Shown here: in pieces, positions 1 to 13,220 of the stretch | Numbering within the stretch: position 1 is the first letter of the stretch | Layout of the letters: each line of letters starts with the position of its first letter | NCBI GenBank assembly: GCA_964016885.1 | Contig: OZ024740.1 | Span: 200,384,001 to 200,448,000, forward strand | Length of the DNA stretch: 64,000 nucleotides | Origin: Eledone cirrhosa | Taxonomy: Eukaryota | Reading direction: 5' to 3' | Program-made: the position numbers and the translations under genes | Notes under the pieces: model-generated | Databases searched by the model: none | Seen by the model: the letters and a program-made list of their open reading frames with translations, nothing else | What the model was told of the DNA's origin: nothing

Positions 1-309
1 TGACAATAAATGTCAGCGAAATGGGATACCTCCGAAAGGCATTTCGTGTAGCGTTGTACAGTATAGTGAGTATCTCGACCAGAGAGACGTTCTAGTTAGA
101 GCCGCTGCCTCTCCGAATTGAGAGATGACAGATCTGATACTACAGACATGGGTTAAAATGTTTCAGGGAGGAATCGGGGATTAGATATTACCGGCAAAAC
201 CAGCCGACAGGGGACTCAGGGGTAGACACTGTAGACAGGGTAGACAGATGTCTGGATAAAATTCATGAGGTCTGCTGGCATCGCTTTGGGTTACAGCTGG
301 ATCAACTTG
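1..309 (+). mobile_element. RTE-clade LINE 3' fragment (degraded RT C-terminal region)
   Basis: Manual translation gives AEMGYLRK...EPLPLRIER...YRH with stops. The 3' part is homologous to the minus-strand RTE copy at about 56.7-57.0 kb (GGATAAAATTCATGAG vs CGATAACATCCATGAG) and ends at a (TA)n tract. Confidence 0.65.
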
Positions 310-677
310 ATATATATATATATATATATATATAAACAGCTGGTGATATGCATGTAAGTAAATATTCTCTTTATCTGATATTTTGTAACTAACCTTACAT
401 AGATCAATAACGAAGTATAGCTACAATGTATTATCATCACCTAGAAACGATCGTAAAGCAGGGAAGTATATCTCTAATGACTTGATTTTTTATTTCATTG
501 TTTTAACTTATATCATGACACTGTTTTCCTTTTAATGTTTTATTTTTTTCCGGGATTTATCTTAACCTTTAACATTTTCAACATATGGATTACATTGAGT
601 TCTTCATGCAGAATATACCCCACAACTTAGCGTGGATATCTCTTTTTCTCTCTCTCTCTATATATATATATATATTG

Positions 678-1059
678 TGATGTCACTGCCGGCAATAAAG
701 AGTATCCATATATAGGTTCGACATCCACTACGTTGAAGGAGCGCTGGTATAACCATAGAAGCTCCTTTAAACATTGGCTGAAACGATCCCAAACCAGACT
801 GGCCGATTTCATCTGGGACCTCAAGGACAGGAATATCGAACCCCAGATCTCGTGGTCAGTGAAAAGACGCGTGGCACAACTCCCTAGTGACAGAAACCAC
901 TACAGGTTATGCCTGACTGAGGCTGCAGAAATAATTAAATTAAAATCTGCCATAAACTATATGTCGGACATAATTGTCAATTGCAGACACACCAAGCTGA
1001 ACACTTTTTCCGCACAAACATTCGGGGGAGGGCCGCCCACTAACCATGATCCTGCATAA
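678..1059 (+). mobile_element. Penelope-like element, GIY-YIG endonuclease remnant (5'-truncated at a (TA)n tract)
   Basis: YPYIGSTSTTLKERWYNHRSSF...LADFIWDLK...ISWSV...RLCLTEA...CRH is a typical PLE GIY-YIG C-terminal domain. It parallels the 54400-54783 ORF. Confidence 0.85.
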
Positions 1060-1899
1060 TAATAACCACCTCTGTCCCGTCTCACCATCGTCCATCTCAG
1101 CGAATTTATTTTATTGTATTGCATGTAACCTTTTGTAAGCCCGTATTTTGTATATCATGCCACATACATCACCCCCACCAAAAATCACATCGCCATACAC
1201 CCCTCATCCTTGCAACATTGTGTTCTATCTGTCCTCTCTGTCAGGTTTTACCTTGCAAACCATATTAACATCTGATCCTGTAAATACAATGTCGATCATA
1301 TCACACCATCGCCACCACCACCACACCACGCATCGTCATATGTCTACCATCCACAACCTCTGTATACCCTAACCTACAACCCACGCTAAATTCGACCCTG
1401 TAAATGTATTGTCGCACACACCACCACCACCACCACTAGATACATCCACATACTTCAACAATCATTAACATCATTAACATCATCAACGCATATAATCCCT
1501 CACTCCCAGATCGACTGTGTTATATCCGCCCCCATTTGCCTTACCCTGTAACCCACCGTAACACCTGATCATGTAATCACTTTGTTGAACATATCACGTC
1601 AGCACCATCATCACCACCATGACCACAACACACATCGCTATACATCCATAAATATTTTTTCCCCGCGTTCGCTATGTCACCTTTTAACCTGTAACCCATC
1701 GTATTATTCGATCCTGTATATTTTTGTCGCTCACAACTCCACCACCACCACCACCACCACAAGACACAACTCCATACCTCAACATCCATTAATTTCAGCA
1801 ACACCGCCAACACATACCTTCCCTCTCCAACCAACGCAAGTGTGTGTGTCAGTGTGTAAGTGTTGTTTATATATATGTGCGTATACATATATGTATATG

Positions 1900-1939
<40 letters not shown>

Positions 1940-2479
1940 TATATGTATGCGTGTGTATGTGTATGTATGTATGTGTGTATGTATGTGTGTATGTATGTGC
2001 GTGTATGTGTATGTTTATGTATACGTGTGTGCACGTGTATTTGTGCATATCCGTATGTGTGTGTGTATGTATGTATGTATATGTCTATATGTATAACACC
2101 ATCTCCATTCGCTCTCACCATCCCTCTATCTTTGTTCTACGCCACCCCCACTGATACTCCCCCACTCTCTCTATATATCCGCACGAACGCATGCACATGC
2201 ATATGTGTATATATGTGTGTATAGATATAGGTATGTGTGGATCTATGTGGGCGCGTGTGTGTATATAGGTGTGTACGTATGTATATATATCAATATATAT
2301 GTGCATGTGTTTATATATATACAACGTATTTGTCAGACTAAGAGTGTCTAGGTATGTATCTCCCCATGGACTCGACACCACCAACACATCCACCACACCA
2401 CCACACACGCCACTACCATAAACAACACCACCACAACCACACCCCCACACACGCCAAACCGTCTACCGACAACCCACTA

Positions 2480-2845
2480 CCCCCACACCACAGCCCATCC
2501 CAGTCAGCGACCGTCACCACCATCTTATCATCACCAGCACCCCCACATACACTACAGGCCAAAGCCAATCCGCCACCCCCACAGCCCATCTCAACCAGCG
2601 ACTATCACCAACATCTTATCCTCACATCCACCCCCACATACACTACAGCCCAAAGCCAATCCGCCACCACCATACCACAGACCATCGTAGCCAGCGACCG
2701 TCACCAACATCTTATCATCACATCCACCCCCACATACACTACAGGCCACACCCTTCCGCCACCACCACACCACAGCCCATCACAGCCAGCGACCGTCACC
2801 AACATCTTATCATCACATCCGCCCCCACATACACTACAGGCCAGT
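2480..2845 (+). repeat. Imperfect tandem repeat (CAGCGACCGTCACCAACATCTTATCATCACATCC...CACATACACTACAGGCCA, about 4 units of 90-100 bp)
   Basis: The unit recurs at about 2505, 2596, 2693 and 2787. It explains the low-complexity P/T/H-rich ORF 2354-2857. Confidence 0.85.
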
Positions 2846-2952
2846 ACATCCCTTTGATCCTTCCCACCAACCAAAATCACTCATATTGTCAAACTCTTGA
2901 ACTTCTTGCTTTACCACATAGCATGTTATTCATTTTCTTAGAGCATTTTAAA

Positions 2953-3039
2953 GGGTCCGTCGAGCTGCCGATCATTGAGTCGGGTAGGATCGATACAGAT
3001 CGAACCTTGAGCTGATCAGTGGCGAAACGCGCGTCACCT
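2953..3039 (+). ncRNA. Degenerate type I hammerhead ribozyme at the 3' end of a PLE-like unit
   Basis: Stem I GGGT/ACCT; core CCGTCGA (2957-2963, canonical CUGAnGA); stem II GCTGCCGATCA/TGATCAGTGGC; GAAA 3024-3027; palindromic stem III CGCGCG; cleavage triplet GUC. Confidence 0.55.
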
Positions 3040-3222
3040 ACCAATAAATGTAATGAAGGACTAACCAATCGTCCTTGTTATCCTTTCAATATATTACACT
3101 CTGTATAGCTCTACACCTCAACACAGAAGTGAACCTAAACATCGAGTGCTCTCTCGGGTGAACCTGCAGTAACTCCAAGTTACACCCCCTGGATATATAT
3201 ATGTATATATATATATATATAT

Positions 3223-3419
3223 AACGAAGGAAATGTGGTAAGGAACCAGGTGGACCATAACGCACCAAAGTACTCAATACTTAGGGTAGTAGAGTGGGTA
3301 ATAGGAACAAGTAAGACCCCGACGGCTGAGCTCAAGCCGTTTCAACGGCTAATTCCAGTACAGAATTAGCCGTCGAAACGGCTTGAGCTCAGCCGTCGGG
3401 GTCTTACTTGTTCCTATTA
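3223..3419. mobile_element. Short foldback fragment of the HHR-bearing family also present at 44.8 and 51-52.5 kb
   Basis: Hairpin 3299-3419 with arms of about 55 bp, each carrying the HHR 3' half (GAAACGGCTTGAGCTCAGCCGTCGGGGT). Flanked on both sides by (TA)n. Confidence 0.85.
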
Positions 3420-3527
3420 TATATATATATATACATATGTAGAGGTTATATTTAAATTGTTGGGATACAACAAGCAAAATATTTTGATAACTGATATAAA
3501 GCTCTCAACAAAATTATTGGAGTAAAA

Positions 3528-3875
3528 ATACGATATATTAACAAATGGAAACTATATTTATAAAACCATATTTATTTCATTATACATATTTCAAGGGCCA
3601 CCAAGGCAGATTATGGTCCGCTTTCATCACATAAAATATGATATAGATTAATTTTATAAATAAATATTGACATACCCTGAAAAATGCAACCTTCACGGTT
3701 GGAGTCTCCTGGATAGGGTATGTCAAGGTATGTCAATATTTATTTATAAAACTAATCTATATTATATTTTATCTGATGAAAGCGCACCATAATCTGCCTT
3801 GGTGACCCTTGAAATATGTATAATGAAATAAATATGGGTTTATAAATATAGTTTCCATTTGTTAATATATTGTAT
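3528..3875. repeat. Foldback element, inverted arms of about 150 bp (3528-3677 / 3727-3875), between (TA)n tracts
   Basis: The arms read directly as reverse complements, and each arm carries an HHR copy. Confidence 0.9.
3767..3828 (+). ncRNA. Type I hammerhead ribozyme (minimal stem III)
   Basis: TTTTAT-CTGATGA-AAGCGCACCA..TGGTGACCCTT-GAAA-TATGTA-TA-ATGAAA. Stems I and II pair. The opposite-arm copy (minus, about 3567-3635) has the mutated core GTGATGA. Confidence 0.75.
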
Positions 3876-3971
3876 ATATACATATATATATAATAGTAGA
3901 ACACTGGTGGGTTATATCCGTAGCAGTAGAGCACTCAGTCCATGGAAGGAGTTTGGTAGAAGTAGTAACAC

Positions 3972-4213
3972 AACAGTTAGTTCACCATACCGAGAAAAGA
4001 TGTTTCACCTTAAGCGGATCTTCAGCTCCGTCTGAGTGGAATTATCTGTCTTACACCGTTCTACCGTAGGATTCCATCGCCTAGGAGAAGTGACTGTTTC
4101 TGCGCATGCGTATTCATTCGGTTGTTTTTCCTTTACCGTACAACTCCACTCAGACCGAGCTGAAGATCTGTTTAAGGTGAAACATTTGTTCTCGGTATGG
4201 TGAACTAACTGTT
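3972..4213. repeat. Foldback element with inverted arms of about 70 bp carrying HHRs; same family at 20.25-20.40 kb and 63.38-63.52 kb
   Basis: 3972-4041 is the reverse complement of 4144-4213. The shared motif GTAGAGCACTCAGTCCATGG...CAGTTAGTTCACCATACCGAG occurs at three loci, all next to (TA)n-rich tracts. Confidence 0.9.
4154..4196 (+). ncRNA. Minimal type I hammerhead ribozyme
   Basis: ACCGAG-CTGAAGA-TCTGTTTAAGGT-GAAA-CATTTG-TT-CTCGGT, with a perfect 6-bp stem I and canonical core. An inverted copy lies at 3989-4031 (minus). Confidence 0.8.
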
Positions 4214-4221
4214 ATGGAACT

Positions 4222-4310
<89 letters not shown>

Positions 4311-4398
4311 TATATAATTATGTGTGCGTGTGTACGCGTGTACGTGTGTGTCTAATGTGTTTATGTTTATTCGCTTTTGCATCATATATACGCTACTT

Positions 4399-5385
4399 TC
4401 AATTACTCCATATCTGTTTACGTATAACAATAAACACAATTTCCTCCGCTGAAATGGCTGTTACGATTTCCAATTCATCCAGTGAATAATATATTAGAAA
4501 CTTGTTGGTCCATGACGTAATTGATATCACAATGTTAGGAAGTGCAAGATACTGATTAACAATTTTATAATTATGAAATAAGTCATAAATCATGTTAAAT
4601 ATATATTGACAAATGCATCCTCAAACATACTATTAAAACAATTCACACACATATTCTATCGTGTACAGACCACTTCCCGTACACTCAACGGTGTTTGATG
4701 TAAATCTATTGAGTTTCTAAGTTTCTCCCCCGTAAATGAGATTTATGTCAACTGCTACTCTACAGATTCTCCTTGTACGATGTATCTGGGGGAGCAGAAT
4801 TTCATATATTAAACGTATTTCACAGAAATTTTACCCACCTTGATATTCTTCTTCAAAGTTCTGGTTCAGCACCCTGGCCTCCTATACATATTTAACTAGC
4901 GAAATTGACATACGAAATCAGTTTTATCCATGACGCACTATAAGCCGATCAGGCCAGAACTTATCCCATTTCGAAAGGCGTCGCTCTTCTATAAGACACC
5001 AATATATTCCAAGAACAATACCCAGTTGTTTCTGTTTGCATTTTCAGTGAAGCAAACAAGAGCAACGTGAAATAATCCGCTTTAAGTAAAGTAAAAAATA
5101 TGTCCGCCCGTTCGTGATAGAACCCAAAACTTTGTGGGCTTGTGACCAAAACAATAGCCACTAGCTCACATCCCTTCTCACACATTTCCAAGACCACATA
5201 GTAAAGATATCAATTGACTTTAGAATGACTTTCAGCTGTCTCTGGCCAGCGTACCATCGTAATGACATGGGTTTTAACAACAACCCACAAAATATAAATA
5301 AATGTCTTAAATAATTTAAAATGTCAACGAAAGTTGTTTGCATTCACTGTTGATGTTCTTGTTGTTTCATTTCCTCCTGGCTCTG
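4399..5385 (-). pseudogene. Highly decayed class A (rhodopsin-like) GPCR pseudogene
   Basis: TM1-like FIFCGLLLKPMSL (~5273), TM3-like YCSWNILVSYRR (~4990) and TM7-like LPNIVISITSWTNKFLIYY (~4505). TM1-to-TM7 spacing is about 256 codons. A possible splice acceptor (TTTAATTTCAG) lies just upstream. Many stops and frameshifts. Confidence 0.4.
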
Positions 5386-5572
5386 AAATTAAACGGGAAA
5401 AACTATTTTAAAGATAATACTTTTACAATATTTACAAAGAGTACGATGAAAAGAATCCATTAATGAAGAGAATTAATACATGTAAAAACAATAGTCAGCT
5501 CTGGGGATGGACTGATAAAAGAGAATTGTTTCAATATTCTGATCAACAGCTATTCTTTAGTTTTTACGCATA

Positions 5573-5642
<70 letters not shown>

Positions 5643-7650
5643 CACACACAAACTTGTAAACAAAAATACACCCATATATATATACATTTCCAATTTCAAT
5701 TTTCTAGAGATGAAAGAAAGCAAAAAAATAGCAATTTTTCAGGAAATCTCTGTGGAGACCAAAAGCAATAAAATAAGAGTTGTGTAGAAAATAATATAAA
5801 ATTAATGTTTACAATTGAAATATGAAAAATAAATCTGAAAATAAAACAAAGAAAGAGCATGTTGAGTTTGATATTTATAATAGAATAAAATTTGTTTTGT
5901 ATGAAAGTACGAAAGGGCAAGAAAACTAATTTTGTTAGATAGAAGTTCTTTAGGATATTTTCCTATATGAAGGATTTATGATAATAACCTGATTTTTCGG
6001 ACATGAATATATTCAGCGTTTGTTACTGCTTCTTCATCAAATAATGGCTACTTATTTTCCTGACCTCAGAGAGAACAGTAGATGATAAAATATAAAACGT
6101 AGTATATTATATTACTCAAAAAATTGATAGAAGTAAATCACTCGGCTATATGCTTGATATAACTGCAATCGTTGACAACGAGAGGCAATTACCAGAAGTT
6201 CATGGATGCATTAATTAAAGAACTTTATGGCTAAGCTTTATAAAATAATCGGGTGAAGGCTAACTATCTAAGAAATAAAATTCAATGAATTATTAGAACA
6301 TGTATTTGGTTTGGGAGTACTAAATGAACAGTTCTCTATAAAAGAGGAGTTTGATCTCATTTAAAAAAAAAATGCAGGAACGTTTTTCACCACTTAACCC
6401 ATCTATTTCATCTTCACTCTATCCTCTTCTACTATACCTTCTTTTTCCTCTCCACCACTCTCGTATCACGTCTCTTTCCTCTTGACGTCCATCCTAACTG
6501 TAACTGGTAGTTGAGATCATATGTCACCCAACTTTGTCATAACTGCATCAGCCTCAGCTGCCTTTAACGGTTTTGTTGGAAGTATTTGGTACAGTCCTCC
6601 ATACTTCGGTCCGGTTTTGGATGTCCATTAAATGTTGATGAGCGCTGCAAACAAAAGCACTTGCAACAGAATTTATATTGTCAATATAAATGGTTTTGTC
6701 TTTCCTTCGAAAGGCGCTGTTTCAGGGATACGACCGAACAAACGCCATGTTTTGGGTATTTGAAACATTGCAGCGCTCACGCTTCTCGGTGCCTGACTAC
6801 AGCCTATTTATTTCTGAAGAAAAGAGAGGGAAACAGGGAGAGAAAATTAATCCACCTTATTAATCAACTGGTATATTACCTTTCGACTATAAAAATGAAG
6901 GCAGGCAATGTTGAACTAGACAACATTTGAATTTATAAAGCAGAAAGCCGGTAAGAACAACACAAACATACGATCCGATGCTGTAAGGATTCTGACAGTG
7001 CCTTGATTAACTCTATATAGTTGTATCTCCTTTACCCGAGTAGTTGCAAAACTATTGTAGCACGTCAAACTGTCAAATATTTTTTTTAGTGTGAAGCAGT
7101 CGGGAAGACTTCTTATAGAGAGAAGATAATTAGTACGTATAATATTAATATTTTATATCTATTAAGTGTGAAAATATCATGCAGGTTTTTGTCAAGTTCG
7201 GGACATACAGATAAGATTCTTCATTGATACAATGAATGATATAATTTATAGGCATCATTACACCTGCCTACGCATTTCTCCGAGAGTCTGTTGATTTTAT
7301 CCGATGTTAGAAACCACATAACTCTATATCAACATAGGCGGTCGTTACAATGCCGAATATTTATTACATTCCTCGGTGCTCTGAATTAAAATATCGCTGA
7401 TGTCACCTTTGCAGTCAATAAAAATGTACCAACCCAAAGCTGGCACATCCCTACGATCTCATGATGCCTCGTCCTTGATGTTCTATTGGTTCTGTTGCGG
7501 AGGGCAAGGTCGAAAGTGTGTCAGTGTCTGCTCATGACTACAGGAGTATCTAAACACGTTACCAAGTCATATTCGATTATGAATGAGTGTCATGAATTAA
7601 TTTTGACGACGTTCCTTTTCAGAAAGCATATTATTAGTTTTCTCATATAG

Positions 7651-7860
7651 GGCGCTGGATTGGCAGAATCATTAGAGTGTCCGACAAAATGCTTCACAGC
7701 ATAGACTTACTGTCATTTACGCTCTACCTTCAAATCCCGCCGAGCTTAACTTTGCCTTTCATCTTTACGGGGTAGATAAAATAAAATACCAGTAACACAC
7801 TGAGGTCGATTTAATCGACTACACACTCCCCTAAAATGTTCTAAATCAGAAACGATTATT
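7651..7860 (+). mobile_element. tRNA-derived SINE (major family in this window)
   Basis: A-box-like TGGCAGAATCATTAG, B-box-like TTCAAATCC, and a shared body TTTGCCTTTCATC...GTCGATTTAATCGAC found in at least 8 other copies. Confidence 0.8.
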
Positions 7861-7999
7861 AGTTTCTCATGTAGTCACGCATGCTTTAGCTCCATAAGAT
7901 ATTTTGATTTTCACTTGTTTGCATCAAGTTTTTCTAAAGTTGACCCCATAATATTTTGACCTTGAACCCATATATTGCAATCATATCTGTAAATTACGC

Positions 8000-10010
8000 T
8001 CCTAAAATTCTAAAAATAAAAAGTGAAGGCGACATCCCTTCCACATTCTTGTGCAAAGCAAGGCTGATAGTTTTGGCAAATGTAAAATGTACCACACCAC
8101 TATAGCACAACGACTATAGAAACTACTATAGAAACAAACAAACAACAGTAACTAAAACTCTACATAGGAGAATTATGATATAAATTTCCAGTAACTGAAA
8201 TATTTAACACTGGAGCGACCATCACAACAACTACAAAGTTATATGAACAAAACCACAAAAACAACATTGCAACCATGGAAACAGCCACCAGCACTACCAA
8301 CACTCAACAACAATAACAAAATATAATAAGAGAAGCAAAAAACAAAAATAGCAGTAATTCAGACTATGTCAACGCATATGGCAACAAGAACAACATAGAC
8401 ATCAGCAAGAGGAACTATAACAGAAACAACAAAAACAACACCTGCGACAGCATGAACACCAACCACAGCATTGAGAAAACCAATAGCAACAACAACAACA
8501 TCAATGAAGAAGTTAACGACACCAACAACAACACAACATAAACCTTTCGGATATAGCAAGTACAAACTAAAACGAAATGCTTCTATTAACATTGGAAAAC
8601 AAAGACTCCGAATTGGCTCAAGGCAAAACGATAATAACATTCGAAGGCGGAAAGGCAGCAGTAATGGTGAAAGAAGCCCAACAACCCCCGCCCCCACCTC
8701 CTTCAAAAACGTCGACTACAGAACTGTGTCCCTTTGGAAACAGCAATGCGAATCTGACACAGTTATTCAAGTAGAGAAGGCTCTAAAAGATGTAATAGCA
8801 GATGCCACCCACATATAAAGAACAGGACAGTGTGCCATCATCGAGATCCTCTTTAAGAATTCGGACCTTGGGGGAAAGCATCCGGTGGTTCCACGTTGTA
8901 GCGAGGAGTTCTTCTTATATGCGACATCCCTTTCACGAACTATCAAACCGAGGATATTAGGTGCCCCACCAGTCCTAAAAGTCTAGTGGATATTCACCTG
9001 GGCTATCCTTGGTGACCTTGGACCCACTCGACCTGGTCAAGCAGCTACAGCAACAATAACAACAAAATCACTAACAGAAGCAGCAGCAGCAAAATCATCG
9101 AAAACAACAACACCGACGCCCGTGGAAGATATACCTCTGTTGGAGATGCACCACATCTCCAACAGAGCCCAATCAGAACCCGCAACAACAATAAACACAA
9201 ACAACAGAACACTAATCCATAACATACAGCATAACAGCGACATTACAGAAAAAACTAAAAATCGCACTACTCATACACGAAAGTAATTATAATGAACTAA
9301 ATATCATACCCATACCTAAAGCAACACTTCCCTGGTGTAACTGGGGATTTCCGAGGAACAATATCTAAGAGGTTATACACTAACTTTCTTGAGGGGGTGT
9401 CAGATGTACGGATCATCCTTCCTTGCTCCACACCATTGAGGCAAGTGGACTTACTCAGTTTTCTTCTCTTCATTCTGACCTCATTCAGGATAGGTAAAGT
9501 AAATGCACGTGGCATGTGTTGGTCTTGAAGCAAGTTCATTAGCTTACCGACCCCAGGTCCCTGAATATAGATGTTGTGGCTATCAGCAAGATCAAAATTG
9601 CTGAAGGACGAGCCTTCGCACCCATTTTCGGCGACTATGAGTTGTACGCATCGCCAAGCCGTCCGGGATCTGGAGGCGGAAACATTGAGTTGTTCTGGAT
9701 AAGCGTCCGTCTCACAATACGAACCAACTTCCTGGACCCAAGTGGTAAGATGGTGGAAATGGACGTGAACAGCAGCGAAGGCAATGCCTCAACAGGGGCA
9801 AGACCTGAAGAAGTTTCTAGAAACACCACGCTTTTTTGCTCTTTTAAGTTAGCGGGAGGACTGCAATGGTACCTTAGTCCACGCTGGGAATACGTATGAC
9901 AAGCAGATAGGTGGAGGAGGGTGTAAAAGCCTGCTTAGACATTTCCAAATGTCTGACAGGTACCGAGTGGATTTCTTGAATGTGCCAATCAACAGAGTCA
10001 AACATCTACT
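8000..10010 (+). mobile_element. Decayed L1/Tx1-like LINE 5' part (ORF1-like region plus APE endonuclease)
   Basis: RIGKVNARG...IDVVAISKIK...FLDPSGKMVEMDV...LLRHFQMSDRYRVD matches APE-endonuclease motifs of L1/Tx1-type elements. Upstream is a T/K-rich ORF1-like frame. Boundaries are approximate. Confidence 0.6.
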
Positions 10011-11454
10011 AAATACCATCTTCTAAATTGGTGACCGAGCCGTGGCAACTAAATGTTCGTTTAGAGAAAAGTAGAAGTAGTTTTTTTTAGAAGGCACAAC
10101 ACGCAAGCTTTCTTGTATTGCATTGTACCAACACCATGTAAAACATTTCTTGTTGATTACAGCACAACATGTAGTTTAACTTCAATGAACCCGCCTAAGA
10201 TAATATTCTTTGAAAAGAAAAAAATAGCTGTATTTTAAAAATTATAGCACCAAAACATTTTTCTTTCAATACGGCTTCCTGCACTATCAACAAGATCAGC
10301 AGTAGCGACAACATTGGTTAGCCACTAACCATAAACAACGGAATAACTATGTGGCAGCTTCATAGCCTTACCGACGCAAACCACCACGCATCATATTGTT
10401 TACTTCTATGCTTCACCTATTCTATCGTCTCTGTCATTATAACCGCTACAACTTCTCACTGTCTCGCTACAAACGGTGACTCGAGAATTAAAACAACAGC
10501 CTCCTCACCACATAATGGTGAATTCGACGCTTGCAAATCTTCACTGCTGTACAAAACTTCACGATTCATCGATGTTTCTAACGTCCGACACGATTCGAAC
10601 TCACAGCCTTTCTCACCATACTATGGCGGCAGATGTGACTTGTATATTGGTGATTCTAAGCTCTTCAACGCTCGAGTTCGATTCTACTGAAGATTTACTG
10701 TGACTTCGCTTCGATAGCAGCAACAACAACAGCAACTCTACTAGCTTCCTAGTAAGAACGATAACATTCTTATCCCAAAGAAATTTCAAAGAAAAGAAAA
10801 AGTGAACTTTTTGTTAAAAAAACAATTATTTCTTTTTTTTACAGGCAATGTTTCGACATTTATTTCTTTTAAACTGTATAATATGAAAATTCATTTTTTT
10901 TTCTTCTATCATTGTATATATGACTGCACTCACACATTCTCTTTGCTGTATTACATGCCTGCATATGCACACACATTTCTTTGTCATACACCAACATGTT
11001 GTTGACTTTAGTATATGATCTTCAAACGTCGTAATATTCTGCGAGATTCCTTTTCACCTGGTGGAGGCACCAAAACATGCTGTCGACACATGCAGCTTAA
11101 TTCACCTGGACTCAAACAGGCACCACAACAGGAGTATGCTAATTGCAGCTGGATTCAAACAGCTTCGCATCTTGTTGCACACTCATCGTCCTATAGCATA
11201 ACAACCTCATTCTTGTTACTTTATCCAACTCCCTGGGAAAACAACAAATGGAACTGGACCTGTCAGCATTTCCATCATTTCTCCCACAGATTCGCCAGAA
11301 TTATGGATTTAGAGCTTCAACTACTACCCACCTACGGATTCAACTTGCTTTTTTCTTTTCAAATCAACTAGCCATTTTTTCCTGGCTGCCTAGCAATTCC
11401 GGAAATTCATCTGGGAGGCCGACAATTTCTCGATTAACCATCTTCTTCTTGCCA

Positions 11455-11655
11455 GCTCTGTACAACATTTACCATAACAGCTCCAGCTATACAGCTGTGG
11501 TATAACATTTACCATAACAGCGCTGCTATAACACTTACCATAACAGCTATACAGCTCTGGTAAAGCATGACAACACCATCATTGACAACAGCTACTGGTA
11601 AACTACCATAACTGTTTCATCCACAGCTCTGTACAACACTTACCATAACAGCTAA
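11455..11655 (+). repeat. Imperfect tandem repeat (ACATTTACCATAACAGCT / ACAGCTCTG motifs)
   Basis: TACCATAAC recurs about 5 times at 30-70 bp spacing. Confidence 0.75.
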
Positions 11656-12329
11656 TATTTAATGCAAAAACAGCAACTTTGCCCATGTCAGACTTTATCC
11701 GTTTTCTGTTAGACCCCTGGTGGTCACGCGTAAATAGCAAAACAGCTAGTCATTTGACACAGCGGCTCAACACGGCCCTTAGCGCCTCATTTTTCTTCTT
11801 GCATGCATTATTTTGTTCAATATTTTCATTGATGTGCTCTTTCAGCATTTTTTCCTGCTGATTCAATCTTATATATCGTCTCTCAGACTAGATAGGGGGT
11901 ATTGTAGTGACCTACATTCCGAGAGCTCATGGATGCATTCTCCGCGCGTTGTTTGGCTCAGTTCAGCCAATCGCTACCAGCGTAGGAAAATGTAACTTGC
12001 CTTCCGCCCAGAGGGAAAAATGCCCGCGGCGATTCGAAACTCTCTCTCTTCAGCTCGACACCGTGAAGGTAAACATCTCTTACTTTCATTCCTGAACCAT
12101 AGACAATATGTAGCAACAAATATAACTACGGGTCTGGCTAAAGCCTCAGCCAGTTGACCGTTCCTTCTTAAACTCAAAATTTATAATTTCTCTTGGCATG
12201 CCATTTAAACCTTTATAACCTTTTTATTGATAACATTAACTCTCAAGAGACGTTCTTCTAACCTTTGTAATCTCTAAATAAATTATATATAAACAATTAT
12301 AAAGTCGTAAGATGCTATTTTCCACAACA

Positions 12330-13220
12330 TTGCTTTTAACATCTTCAATGGTGACTTCTGTGATACAATACACAAATACACGCATTCTCAACACAACCAT
12401 CTACTAAATAAACTTATTCTAAAACTGTTTCCATTCGTCATATAAATGCATTTCCACTATATATATTAAGCCTTTAGAATTCCATTTGCAATTCAATTTG
12501 CTCAGCATGCAACGTGCTCCTCTACAATTGTCCATATTATGTTTATTCAATAATAACAAATATTTTCGAAATGTGTATTTGCTTCTTGCATGTTCCTATG
12601 ATTCAATTCAATAGGTCCTTGCATATGCTATGATTAACGTCCTAATTATTCCATTATCAACCACCCTGCTTGCTTCAATAGGTTCTACCTATTATATGAA
12701 AAATATTTCCCATCTCTTACAAGGTTATATTATTCTGTATTATATCGTGATATGCGTATGTATAAAGCTTTCCAATTGATTTCACACCAGTAGCTTCTTT
12801 ACATTTCATGTTAAATAAGGTGGAATATGTCATGCAAATGTTTACTATTCTTGGCTTTTCTCTTTCTCTATGCACAATACAAGGACACTCTAGTCAACAG
12901 GTTAAATCGCGTTATAGTATTCGAATAATGGAGGGTAACATGAATAAGTTGGTACATAATTAAACAGATATTTTGCATTATGATGATGATAATACCGCTG
13001 ATGACACTGGTGGATTTTCCTTCGGTTTTGACAGTGATCATTGACGTTTCTGATCAACTGGGCACCGAGCCATATCAAATTGCTGTGTAAATTATTTTTT
13101 AGCTCACAAAAACGTATACACTTGATGTAATTTCCAAAATGAATCAGCGGGGCACAATATTTGGACATTTGAATCACAACTATAATCAAATCGACGGGTT
13201 TCCCTATTTTATTGATCGAA
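12330..13220 (+). pseudogene. Decayed class A GPCR pseudogene
   Basis: TM2-like YILSL* (~12460), TM3-like SIINHPACFNRFYLL (~12680), TM6 LTFLINWAPSHI (~13045-13075) and TM7-like TIFGHLNHNYNQI (~13155-13190), in the right order with near-canonical spacing. Frameshifted. Confidence 0.5.

Noticed and set aside
1577-2450. Many overlapping ORFs rich in YI/VC/HT
   Set aside because: They are translations of (TA)n, (TG)n and (CA)n microsatellites. The same applies at 4212-4489, 20174-20545, 29048-29479, 35126-35661, 59685-61353 and 63057-63586.
10349-11505. Possible Gypsy gag/pol remnant
   Set aside because: Only vague similarity (QIRQNYGFR), with no recognisable YxDD, protease or integrase motif.
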